The position numbers and the translations under genes are program-made. 64,000 nt of DNA from an uncultured Spirochaetia bacterium (GTDB lineage: Bacteria > Oederibacteriota > PGYV01 > Palsa-1178), in contig CAZMGF010000008.1 in NCBI GenBank assembly GCA_964565765.1, positions 4,910 through 68,909 of the forward strand, in the 5' to 3' direction. Shown piece by piece: positions 17,228-26,149 of this stretch (positions are counted from its first letter, which is position 1; each line of letters starts with the position of its first letter). A model generated the notes under the pieces. The model did not search any database. It was not told the origin of the DNA and worked only from the letters and a program-made list of their open reading frames with translations.

Positions 17228-19876
17228 TTAATATGCGGTCCATGTCCCGAGCGCGCCCGATATGTTCTGCCCGGTAAGTGAAGAGGTGCCGACAGCGATG
17301 GAAGGCAGCACCTTATAATATTTAGCCACGGTTTTTGTCATGTTAAGCGGCGTGCCGGTGTAAGAAATAAATGAATAATAGGCGTAAATGTCGTATGTGG
17401 TATTTACAGGGACTCGTATGGTGAAAGAGCCGTCACCCTGCCCGGGGAAGCCGTAGCTTGGATAAATCATCCTGGTGTGGCCGGAATACTGCTGGTAAAC
17501 AGTGGTGAGGTCATAGTGGTAATCTGAAGCGTGAATTGTGACGGAAGAAGGGTATATAACAACGTTCAACCCCTGTGAAACATTCTGGCTGTCCATCTGG
17601 ACATTGCCGCTCAAGCTGACGTATATCGGGACCACCTTGAAATTTGTATTTATGGCCGTGCCGCCGGCGGTTATCACAAGATTGTGCCATTTGCTGTCTG
17701 ATGTGACTGGATAAGTTATGCTGTATGAGGTTGTGTCAATGGTTATCGCAGCCTGATAACCGGAGCCCACGGGTATGCCGGTTATTAAATAGTAGCCCGT
17801 AATAGAGTCTGAATAGGCGTCGCTGCCGACATGATTGCCGCCGCTGTCAAATGCCTGGACAAAGATACCGCCCATGGGCAGGCCCGTGATGCCGTTCGTT
17901 ATTGTGCCCGACATGGAACCCGCCTGTGTGAGTGTTAGTGTCCCGGCGTTTGTAATGGCTCCGCCCGGTACGGAAGCAAGGCTCTCGGATGCCGAAGTGT
18001 AGCCGGGCATGCTTGCCTTTAAAGTATAATTGGTGCCTGGAACGGCATTTGTAAAATTAAACGCCCCGCCGTTGGTTGGAACCGAGTCGCCGGCGGAATC
18101 GCTCAGGTCAACTTCGGCGCCGGAAATATAATTGCCGAGAGAATCCTTGACAAAACCGGTCACAATAGCGGTTGATCCGGTTGTGGCTGTAAGTGTGACA
18201 ATAATTGAAACTGTACTTGTTGTTGACATGGGAACAATTACGCTGGCGTAATAAAGTACACTGTTATAGGTAAGGTAACTGATAACTGTAGTGGTGGTGC
18301 TGGCTGAACAGTTAATATTGCTTATAGTGAACGAGCCATTGGTTCCAACTGTTGCCATTGCCGACATGCCGTCAAGAGAGGAAACATTGGCGCCCACCGC
18401 GAAATAAACAGGCGGAGTAGCTGTCGGGGTTGCCGTATATGCGGGTGTGTTTGTCGCTGTGAAAGTGGGCGGGCAGGAGTAATAATCCACCTCAAGCCAG
18501 GCAGAGTCAATATAGGCGGCGGTTAAAAACCCGGGGCTGACCTTGAAAAATACTCCAAGATTGTTTACTTCGGACCAGTTCCACGTGGTATATATTGAAG
18601 CAATATCATAAGTGAATGTGTTCCAGTTCCATGCGGCAAGTGTGAAAGGCGAGCCTGTAAAGTACGTGGATGTTGTTCCGGTCCAGCCGCCGGCGTTGTT
18701 ATACCAGTTGGTACCGCTGTTTTGAGTAAAATTGAAATTGCAGGCAACGCTGCCGAACAGCCCCGCCTCGCCGTAAACCTTGAACCTGACGTCGGAAATG
18801 CAGGTATTTGCCGGGGAAGAAGAATTGTCAAATTCGGAATAAAGCATTTGATTGGTGCCGGACCCCTGTGAAGCGGAATTGCCGTCGCTTGCGCCGTGTA
18901 TGTATGTGGGGTTGGACCAGTTCTGGGTCTTTCCAGACATGGCGCCTGTGGCGTAAAGTATAAGAGTGGTGACAGCCGGAGTCGGAGTGTTTGTCGGCAC
19001 CAATGTCAGGGTAGGAGTCGGCGTCTGAATTGGAACATTTATCAAAGCAATTCCAGACACCTGGCAGCCGTTAATCTGCGGGCATGTTATGTTTATTCCG
19101 GTAACAGAAGTTACGGTTTCAGAAATGGAGACAGGGTTTGAGGTATAATTTGTGGGGGAGAGGCCGGGGCCGTCAGCGTATAAAGTATACGAGCCGGGAG
19201 GAACATTGGATATTGAATATGCCCCTGTGCTGCTTGCGGTTCCTGTGTATGCCGAGTATCCGACAATATGAACAATGGCGCCGGGCGCGGCCGAAGTTCC
19301 CGAAGAGTTTGATTTATAAACCGTCCCTGAAATTGTGGCGCCCGTCAGGTTCAGGGTTTTGTCCGAAAGATATGATGTTAGCCTGCTGGTTTTTGTAACT
19401 CCGTTGGACATATAAGTAACTATTGAGGTCAGCTGTTTAATGTCCGGGTTTGTAACGGTAAGGGAAGAGGCAGGCAGCCCTTCAAGGTTCCCGTTCCCGT
19501 CCTCCTGGGCCCATTCAACGCACGAATACACTTTATAAATCATCTGTGTGGTACCCGATGTTACGGTTACATAATGGTAAGTGTCATAAGCGCTTGTCCC
19601 TGTGGCGCATGTCTGAAGCGGGGTAAGATTGGTGAAATTTGAGTCAGGCAGGCACGAATCAGGGGTAGGCGGAAGGTTGTTAAATCCCTTGGATTTCAGG
19701 TAATCAAGCTGCTGCGAACACAGGGAGAGTGAGTATTGTTTTTGCTGGGAAATAAGGGAGTCTTTGTAAAGGCTTGTCATAAGGTTGACCGAGGCGACTA
19801 TCATAAATGTAATTACAACAGTCGATATAAGTGTTTCAATGTAAGTGAGTCCGCGGCTCTTCCTGATAATTGCCAT
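17228..19876 (-). CDS. giant (882 aa) prepilin-type protein with carboxypeptidase-regulatory-like/Ig-like beta-sandwich domains and TP linkers
   Basis: N-terminus MAIIRKSRG-LTYIETLISTVVITFMIVASV is a prepilin motif with E+5. Internal GATISGTVYKSNSSG...YSISNVPPGSYTL and GFVKDSLGNYISGAEVDL... resemble CarboxypepD_reg folds. TP-rich linkers include IQTPTPTLTLVPTNTPTP and TNTPAYTATPTATPP. Confidence 0.65.
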   Translation of the reverse strand: MAIIRKSRGLTYIETLISTVVITFMIVASVNLMTSLYKDSLISQQKQYSLSLCSQQLDYLKSKGFNNLPPTPDSCLPDSNFTNLTPLQTCATGTSAYDTYHYVTVTSGTTQMIYKVYSCVEWAQEDGNGNLEGLPASSLTVTNPDIKQLTSIVTYMSNGVTKTSRLTSYLSDKTLNLTGATISGTVYKSNSSGTSAAPGAIVHIVGYSAYTGTASSTGAYSISNVPPGSYTLYADGPGLSPTNYTSNPVSISETVTSVTGINITCPQINGCQVSGIALINVPIQTPTPTLTLVPTNTPTPAVTTLILYATGAMSGKTQNWSNPTYIHGASDGNSASQGSGTNQMLYSEFDNSSSPANTCISDVRFKVYGEAGLFGSVACNFNFTQNSGTNWYNNAGGWTGTTSTYFTGSPFTLAAWNWNTFTYDIASIYTTWNWSEVNNLGVFFKVSPGFLTAAYIDSAWLEVDYYSCPPTFTATNTPAYTATPTATPPVYFAVGANVSSLDGMSAMATVGTNGSFTISNINCSASTTTTVISYLTYNSVLYYASVIVPMSTTSTVSIIVTLTATTGSTAIVTGFVKDSLGNYISGAEVDLSDSAGDSVPTNGGAFNFTNAVPGTNYTLKASMPGYTSASESLASVPGGAITNAGTLTLTQAGSMSGTITNGITGLPMGGIFVQAFDSGGNHVGSDAYSDSITGYYLITGIPVGSGYQAAITIDTTSYSITYPVTSDSKWHNLVITAGGTAINTNFKVVPIYVSLSGNVQMDSQNVSQGLNVVIYPSSVTIHASDYHYDLTTVYQQYSGHTRMIYPSYGFPGQGDGSFTIRVPVNTTYDIYAYYSFISYTGTPLNMTKTVAKYYKVLPSIAVGTSSLTGQNISGALGTWTAY

Positions 19877-20010
19877 TAAATCATCCCTTTTCCGGTTATT
19901 TAAAGACTCTCCTTATAATAGTATACTTAAGAAAAAAACTTTTGTCAAATATTTTAGTAAATATCGATCATGCACTTTTTGAAACCGACGTTTCATAAAT
20001 AATGGCAAAA

Positions 20011-20787
20011 TCAGTATTTTTTCAGAACAGTTTTTTTAAATATCCACATTAAAGATGCAAAAAGAAATACTATAATGCAAAAGAGCTGGGCGTCAGAAAT
20101 TAAATGATGAATTTCGTGATACCGGAAAAACTCAATAAAAAATCTGGCTATTGCATAACACGCTCCGGTAAGCAGTATAAGTTCTCCGCGGTAAACAACG
20201 GATTTTTTCATGATATAAAGCAGGATGAGGATAATCAGCCACGCGCACGACTCATAAAGCTGTGCCGGGTGGAGTGGGACGTTTCCAAAAACAGTATAGG
20301 CATAAGAATAAGGGGAATAAAATGTCCCGAAAAAGTAATTTTTGGGAGACGGAATGCCGGGGCAACAGCCGTTAAAAAAACATCCCAGCCTCGCGAAGAT
20401 ACCGCCTGCCGCAAGGGAAAATGAAAAAATATCGGCCGCCTGCCAGGGGTCTGTCTTTAATAATTTAGCCGCAGGGAAAGCGCAGAGGGCCGCGGCAATG
20501 AGCCCCCACCATAATGAAACCTGGCCGAAGAGCGAAAACGACAGCCCCTTCTCATGGTTAAAAAAACCTTCAGCTACATAACCGTAACGGCTCGCAAGCG
20601 TGAACGGAACGAACAATATAAGGGCAAACAGGATTATCCGGTCCCGGAATTCTTTCGGGTAAGGTTTTAAATTATAAAAAAGAAGGAGAAACCCGGCGAT
20701 GATGCCGGCAAAATTCAAAATCCAATAGCTCCGTATTGTCAGCTCGCCGATGTAGCCAAGAATTGGATAGATAAAACCACCTCGCAT
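20011..20787 (-). CDS. lgt: prolipoprotein diacylglyceryl transferase
   Basis: ARLGCFFNGCCPG and HPAQLYES match the Lgt signatures (R.GNF.N.E..G / HPTQLYE). About 7 TM helices. Confidence 0.75.
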   Translation of the reverse strand: MRGGFIYPILGYIGELTIRSYWILNFAGIIAGFLLLFYNLKPYPKEFRDRIILFALILFVPFTLASRYGYVAEGFFNHEKGLSFSLFGQVSLWWGLIAAALCAFPAAKLLKTDPWQAADIFSFSLAAGGIFARLGCFFNGCCPGIPSPKNYFFGTFYSPYSYAYTVFGNVPLHPAQLYESCAWLIILILLYIMKKSVVYRGELILLTGACYAIARFFIEFFRYHEIHHLISDAQLFCIIVFLFASLMWIFKKTVLKKY

Positions 20788-20812
20788 ATAATTTTATACA
20801 TTATATCATAAA

Positions 20813-21640
20813 TCAGGCTAATTTGAAAAAGAGGGCGGCGTATATAAACATCAGCGCGAAGACAATTGCTTCATTTACTTTCCCCTTGCGCATTATTATA
20901 TAAAAGGTGGCCCCTCCAAGTATTATGGAAGGCGCTAGCATGAGCGCGCTATGTAAAAGCAGCGGCACCAGCAAATACGCCGCGTATGCCAGCGACGCTG
21001 TGACAAACCTCCCTTTTTCAGGGCCGAAAATGGTCATAAGGGTCATTACGGAATATTTTTTGTCCCCTTCGTAATCATTAACATCTTTTGTGTTGAAGGC
21101 CATGAATAAAAGGGCGGTGAAAACAGCTATGGCGGCAAATGGAAGCTTTGAAAAGATGCCGCCAGCCAGCAGATAACCCAGTACAAGGGCAAGGCTGGTT
21201 GAAAATGCTATAAGCAGTGTATTGACTGGAAAATATTTTTTTAACCTGAAAGGGGGGCAGGAATAAATCCACGCGGCCACGTGGATTGCAATTACTGCTA
21301 TTAACACAGGTATTGAAACTGCAAGCGAAAGGGAGACAGATGTCGCTAAAAGGAAAAAGAAGGCGTACAAATATCCACGCTGTGTAACGCCGGTTATGTT
21401 TAACGTATTGCCCTTATTGTTAACAGCGTCTATGGGGGCGTCATATATATTATTGAGAATAAGGCTGGCGGCAAATAGGATGTTTATAAGGAAGAACCCT
21501 TCTATTAATAACAGGGCATGAAGCGTAGAAGAGCACATTTTTATTGCCATATCATATCCCGCGCAAAAGACAGCGGTGTAATATATATGACGTGAAATGC
21601 GGAGAGAGGACAGGAACGCTTTGATATTTTTCATAGCCAC
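20813..21640 (-). CDS. UbiA-family membrane prenyltransferase
   Basis: First Asp-rich motif NNIYDAPIDAVN (N..YD...D) and second motif KDVNDYEGDKKY. About 8-9 TM helices. Confidence 0.6.
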   Translation of the reverse strand: MAMKNIKAFLSSLRISRHIYYTAVFCAGYDMAIKMCSSTLHALLLIEGFFLINILFAASLILNNIYDAPIDAVNNKGNTLNITGVTQRGYLYAFFFLLATSVSLSLAVSIPVLIAVIAIHVAAWIYSCPPFRLKKYFPVNTLLIAFSTSLALVLGYLLAGGIFSKLPFAAIAVFTALLFMAFNTKDVNDYEGDKKYSVMTLMTIFGPEKGRFVTASLAYAAYLLVPLLLHSALMLAPSIILGGATFYIIMRKGKVNEAIVFALMFIYAALFFKLA

Positions 21641-21833
21641 CTTTAATATGAATTTTCGTAATTATACCATAAATTTTCGCCTGCCCGCCGAAGCCATTCA
21701 GGGCGAAGGCGGGTGTGCAATAATATCTTGAAATCTGACAAAAAATCTATTATAATCAAATAGAGGGAATGTTATTGGTATATTTGCGTCTGCAAATTTA
21801 CCGGCATTCAAAAAACTTTATAAAGGACAACTG

Positions 21834-24554
21834 ATGAAAAAAATGATAATGAAAGCAATTAAAAGCCTCGCGGCAATAAGTTTTATCATCCTATTAATGT
21901 ATATACCGGCCGCCGCCACCACAAGCGCGGTGACAGTTGTGAGCATGACACCTTCCAACCCGAATCCGGGCGATATGGTTGCTATCGTGGTAAGCTATTG
22001 TGCCCAGGCTTATGATGACACGCGTATTATGCTTGCTGTTTCACAATATAATATGATACAGGCAAACAACACGGCCGGACAGACATTTAAGGTTGATGAA
22101 AACGGGACAGATGTCGGCGGCACTGGGGCCGGGGATTCTTCCGTCAACGGCGGTTACAATACAAATGACAATCCTTCAACCGCGCAATGCTACACATTGA
22201 CCTTTAATATAAACATCCCGACGACATTTTCGGGCGGCGGGACCTATTATATTGTTGTGGGAGCAAGATCATATTACACGGCGCCCGGCGCGGGGAACAT
22301 TGATTCGCAGAATTATCTGCAGTTTACCCTTCCGCTTCCTCCGCCATCCGCTTCTATAACCAAAACAGCCGAAGACACCCCCGAATTCCCGGGAGAAAAC
22401 ATTCTTTATACTATTAATTACACATTTGTTAATTCAACCACTTTTACAATAACAGACACAGTACCGCCAAACTGCACACTTGTGAGCCAGAGCGTCGGCG
22501 GTACAAGCACGGGAACCACTCCGGGATCTACCCTTACATGGGCAATTGGAAATACGGCACAACAAAAAACAGGAAGCGTATGGTTTGTAGTGAATATAGG
22601 GGCGGGAGCGGCTTCATCCACAATACATAATACGGCGAACTGGACCACGGTGGAAATACCGGCGGGAGGTTCAAGCGGAGATGCGCCTGTGGTTGTCGGG
22701 CCTGCCGCGTTTACACTCACGAAATCAGAATCAGAGGCCACGGGAGTAATAGGCGACACAGTTACGTATGCATTTGATTTCCAGGCAGGAGGTATGTTTT
22801 TTAACTCATATGATACTTTTGATACCACCAATGAATCAAGTTTGTTTACAGCGGTCAGCAACGGAGGGCCGGGATACCCGGGCACATGGACATGGGAAAG
22901 CGATGGAAACGGCGGCGGTTATGTTTATTCACCGCAGCAGGGAACAGGGCCAACCAACACCCATTATCCCCATTATCTGAGGAACACACCGACTAATTTT
23001 TGTTTTGGAGAGATAGAGGCTGATATACAGATACAAAATGGAACAACAAACTGGGACGGCTCATTAACATTCAGGGATAACGGAGTGGCCGATAATTGTG
23101 TTGCGTACGGTGTTGGAATTTCGCAGGATAACAGCCCGGGATATTTATTCATTCAAAAATCAGTTCCGGGATATACGCCTTTAGTTGCTACTACCGCGAT
23201 TCCATTTACAATAAACTTTAATCAATTCTATACTGTAAAAGTGCTTGTCACAGATGCGGGAAATGGAGCAGTTGAGATACAGGCCAGTGTTTGGCCGCAG
23301 GGGCAACCCGATCCAATGGCATGGTATCTTACATATATTGACACACCCGGACCCACAAATACAGTTATACCAGCCTGTGGCCAGGTCGGTTTTCAGGGGT
23401 GCCCGTATAATCCAGATGTCTTTGACAACCTGAAAATATCAGAGTCTGTTCATACGAACCCGCGTTTATTTGACACAATACCCACCAGCATTACATATTC
23501 CGGCGGGACACCGGCGAGTGTTACGGTTAATTCAGCGCCTGTTGTTTCCAACGGCGTGGTATCGTGGAACATCACAACGCAGCTGAGCAGCATGGTATAT
23601 CACTATGAGTGGTACGGGATAATTAATTATTGCGGCACCATTCCAAATACGGGATCCTTTATCGCGGATAACGGCTTTGGCACTGTTAATTCCAACACTG
23701 TAAGCCTCAGCGTCCCTGTCTGCCCGCAGACAGCCACATTTACCCCGACTTATACAATTACAAACACATACACTGTGACCTCAACTTATACACCAACGGT
23801 AACCATGACAGTGACAATGACGCAGACGCCTTCTCCTATAATACCTCAGTTTACCCTTTCAAAGGCTGAATCAGAGACAACGGCAAATATCGGCGATACA
23901 GTGACATATACAATAACCTATAATAATACCGGGCTCATCGACCTGACAAACCTTGATGTCTGGGATACAGTGCCGGCGCAGCTTACTGATATAACAACCA
24001 TATCACCCGCCGGTGGAAATTACAGCGCGGCTACAGGGCTGGTTTCATGGGTATTGGCGGATGTGCCTGTATCCGGATCCGGCACCATGGTATTTTCAGG
24101 GGTTGTTTCCAATAATGTAAATAACGGACAGGTCATGCCAAACACCGCTTACGGAACGGTTGTGAGCGGACAAAATACTGTGGTGTCAAATACCGTCAAC
24201 CTGACCGCAAGCGTGCCGGAACTTCAGCTCACGCCTATAATGAATTATCCCAATCCTTTCGGCGGCGGGCCGGATACTACAACAATAGTTTTCGGGCTGA
24301 CCGTTCAGGCTGAAGTTGATGTAAAATTTTTTACAATATCAGGCGAACTTGTCAGGACAATGACATATGACGAATTAAAAGGGCAACTTGTGGCCCCGCA
24401 GACGGACACACAGAAAGGCACCAATAAGTTCATATGGGACGGAAAAAACGACAGCGGCAACAGGCTGGCCTCCGGAGTATATTTTTACAGGGTAGAGGCG
24501 AAAAGAGGAAACGAAAGCGCCCATTACATTTCAAAGCTGGCTATTTTAAGATAA
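21834..24554 (+). CDS. large secreted adhesin-like protein with DUF11-type repeats, TP linker and T9SS-type C-terminal sorting domain
   Basis: Signal peptide. Repeated units LTKSESEATGVIGDTVTYAFDF and LSKAESETTANIGDTVTYTITYNNTG (DUF11-like). TP-rich stretch TPTYTITNTYTVTSTYTPTVTMT. C-terminus NYPNPFGG...ISGELVRTM...WDGKNDSGNRLASGVYFYRVEA...KLAIL is a type-A CTD. Confidence 0.7.
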   Translation: MKKMIMKAIKSLAAISFIILLMYIPAAATTSAVTVVSMTPSNPNPGDMVAIVVSYCAQAYDDTRIMLAVSQYNMIQANNTAGQTFKVDENGTDVGGTGAGDSSVNGGYNTNDNPSTAQCYTLTFNINIPTTFSGGGTYYIVVGARSYYTAPGAGNIDSQNYLQFTLPLPPPSASITKTAEDTPEFPGENILYTINYTFVNSTTFTITDTVPPNCTLVSQSVGGTSTGTTPGSTLTWAIGNTAQQKTGSVWFVVNIGAGAASSTIHNTANWTTVEIPAGGSSGDAPVVVGPAAFTLTKSESEATGVIGDTVTYAFDFQAGGMFFNSYDTFDTTNESSLFTAVSNGGPGYPGTWTWESDGNGGGYVYSPQQGTGPTNTHYPHYLRNTPTNFCFGEIEADIQIQNGTTNWDGSLTFRDNGVADNCVAYGVGISQDNSPGYLFIQKSVPGYTPLVATTAIPFTINFNQFYTVKVLVTDAGNGAVEIQASVWPQGQPDPMAWYLTYIDTPGPTNTVIPACGQVGFQGCPYNPDVFDNLKISESVHTNPRLFDTIPTSITYSGGTPASVTVNSAPVVSNGVVSWNITTQLSSMVYHYEWYGIINYCGTIPNTGSFIADNGFGTVNSNTVSLSVPVCPQTATFTPTYTITNTYTVTSTYTPTVTMTVTMTQTPSPIIPQFTLSKAESETTANIGDTVTYTITYNNTGLIDLTNLDVWDTVPAQLTDITTISPAGGNYSAATGLVSWVLADVPVSGSGTMVFSGVVSNNVNNGQVMPNTAYGTVVSGQNTVVSNTVNLTASVPELQLTPIMNYPNPFGGGPDTTTIVFGLTVQAEVDVKFFTISGELVRTMTYDELKGQLVAPQTDTQKGTNKFIWDGKNDSGNRLASGVYFYRVEAKRGNESAHYISKLAILR

Positions 24555-24570
24555 AATATTTTTTAAATTA

Positions 24571-24620
24571 AAAAAGCCGGAAGCAATGCAAAAAAAGCGT
24601 TGCTTCCGGCTTTTAATTTC
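24571..24620 (+). terminator. rho-independent terminator
   Basis: gccggaagcaa-N13-ttgcttccggc stem-loop (11 bp) followed by ttttaattt. Confidence 0.7.
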
Positions 24621-24631
24621 AACGGAGCCTT

Positions 24632-25006
24632 ATGAAAATAATTATAGACGGCTACAATCTGATGTACCGCATGGAACTCTCCGGCTCACTTGAAAAAAAG
24701 CGGGATGAGATGCTTGAGTCTCTGGCGGAGTTTTTGTCCGTCAATCCCAATGACATGACCGTTGTTTTTGACGGCAGAAACAATCCCTCCGGCCACAGGG
24801 GCAAAGAGGTTAAATACGGCATTAAGGTCTGCTATTCGGCGCGCGGTGAGATAGCCGACGACTATATAATGGAAATGATCACAAAACGCACCGGGAAGGC
24901 AAAGGAATACCTTATAGTATCATCCGACAGGATGATAACTGATTTCGCGAAAAAGAATTTTATGAAAACAGCGTCAAGCGACCAATTTATTGGATATCTG
25001 GAATAA
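24632..25006 (+). CDS. YacP-like NYN-domain ribonuclease (Rae1/YacP family)
   Basis: MKIIIDGYNLMY...VVFDG...GEIADDYIMEMI matches the YacP pattern (L.VDGYN.I...VVFDA...GETADDYIE). Confidence 0.75.
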   Translation: MKIIIDGYNLMYRMELSGSLEKKRDEMLESLAEFLSVNPNDMTVVFDGRNNPSGHRGKEVKYGIKVCYSARGEIADDYIMEMITKRTGKAKEYLIVSSDRMITDFAKKNFMKTASSDQFIGYLE

Positions 25007-25029
25007 ATTTAATTTTATAAGAATTCCCC

Positions 25030-25078
25030 TTGACATTTCCCCGTCTGTGATATATATTTAGTTTGCCTAACTATTAGG
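25030..25078 (+). promoter_or_regulatory. sigma-70-type promoter (TTGACA-N17-TATATT) with overlapping palindromic operator CCTAACTATTAGG
   Basis: ttgaca at 25030-25035, -10 near 25053-25058, and a perfect 13-bp palindrome at 25066-25078 at the predicted transcription start. A related motif occurs upstream of the second marR at 33005-33025. Confidence 0.5.
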
Positions 25079-25105
25079 TAATAAAATAATTTGAGGTATT
25101 AATCT

Positions 25106-25546
25106 ATGGAGAAAAAAACAGAAGAAATAATGGAAGGTATCAGGGGTATTTCATTTTTCTTCCGTAAAAGAAAAAGCCACTCCTTTTTCGGGCCTGGAGC
25201 CAGAGATATCACAATCTCCCAGCTTGACCTCATGGCCTACCTTTATGAGCATAAAAGGGTAAAAATGAGCGACCTTGCAAAACATACCGGCGTCAAGATG
25301 CCCTCCATGACAGATACTATAAGCAGGCTCGTTGATATGAAAATGGTAAAAAGGGAACACGATGAAGAGGATCGCCGCACAGTCTGGGTCTCCATTACCA
25401 AAGATGTGGAAAAAATGGTATGCAAACACATTGCCCAGAAGAATGATGAGATGTCGGAGCTTATGGATGTTTTGACGGAACAGGAAAAAACAATGGTTAT
25501 AAACATACTCGCGAAACTAAAAAATAAACTGGAAAGGGTGCAATGA
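25106..25546 (+). CDS. MarR-family transcriptional regulator
   Basis: Winged HTH ...ISQLDLMAYLYEHKRVKMSDLAKHTGVKMPSMTDTISRLVDMKMVKREHDEEDRRTVWVSIT... Confidence 0.85.
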   Translation: MEKKTEEIMEGIRGISFFFRKRKSHSFFGPGARDITISQLDLMAYLYEHKRVKMSDLAKHTGVKMPSMTDTISRLVDMKMVKREHDEEDRRTVWVSITKDVEKMVCKHIAQKNDEMSELMDVLTEQEKTMVINILAKLKNKLERVQ

Positions 25547-25547
25547 G

Positions 25548-26132
25548 ATGAAAAAGACAACAATTATCCTGATGATCTCGCTTTTTTTAGCGGCTGTTGC
25601 CGCCGCTGATTCGGAAAAACTTATCTTTACGGAATACGGGGTTTCATACGCGTCGGTCCTGACGCCTTCAATAATTGCCAATAATTCCACCGGCACTTTT
25701 GACACCGCCGCTTTTGATATAAAAGTTGGAGCTTCATTTCTTGACAGATGGGCTGAGGCATATGTGGGGGCCGGTTTCCAGGCCTTTATATTCACCTCAA
25801 ACTCACAGGAAAACTATTCCTTTTTCCCGCTTTACGGCGGAATCAAGGCGAATATATGCCCGGACTGGACTGTTTATCCGGACATTATATTCGAATACGG
25901 AAGGGCCATTTCAAACATACGTTCGCAGTATATGACGGACATGGGGCCCATGAACAGGGACAACGCGTGGCTGGCCGATTATTACAGCTTCGGTGCGGGC
26001 ATAAACTGGAAGATAGAGGACATCGCCATTCTTGGATTAAAAATTGAAAGGCCATCATATTCAAACCTGAACAAGAGTTACGGGGAAATACAGGTAATCA
26101 AAGCCGGCATCACATGGCAAATATACTATTAG
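25548..26132 (+). CDS. small outer-membrane beta-barrel protein (OmpW/OmpA-barrel-like), function unknown
   Basis: Signal peptide, alternating hydrophobic beta-strand pattern, and a C-terminal aromatic (..GITWQIYY). Lies between marR and the OMF gene. Confidence 0.45.
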   Translation: MKKTTIILMISLFLAAVAAADSEKLIFTEYGVSYASVLTPSIIANNSTGTFDTAAFDIKVGASFLDRWAEAYVGAGFQAFIFTSNSQENYSFFPLYGGIKANICPDWTVYPDIIFEYGRAISNIRSQYMTDMGPMNRDNAWLADYYSFGAGINWKIEDIAILGLKIERPSYSNLNKSYGEIQVIKAGITWQIYY

Positions 26133-26149
26133 GACAAGGAGAAAATAAA

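Noticed and set aside
19940-19975. Near-match to a sigma-54 element on the minus strand upstream of the pilin operon (GG-N10-TG in revcomp of catgcactttttgaaacc)
   Set aside because: The -12 element is TG rather than GC at the required spacing, and no TTGC. Judged a chance similarity.
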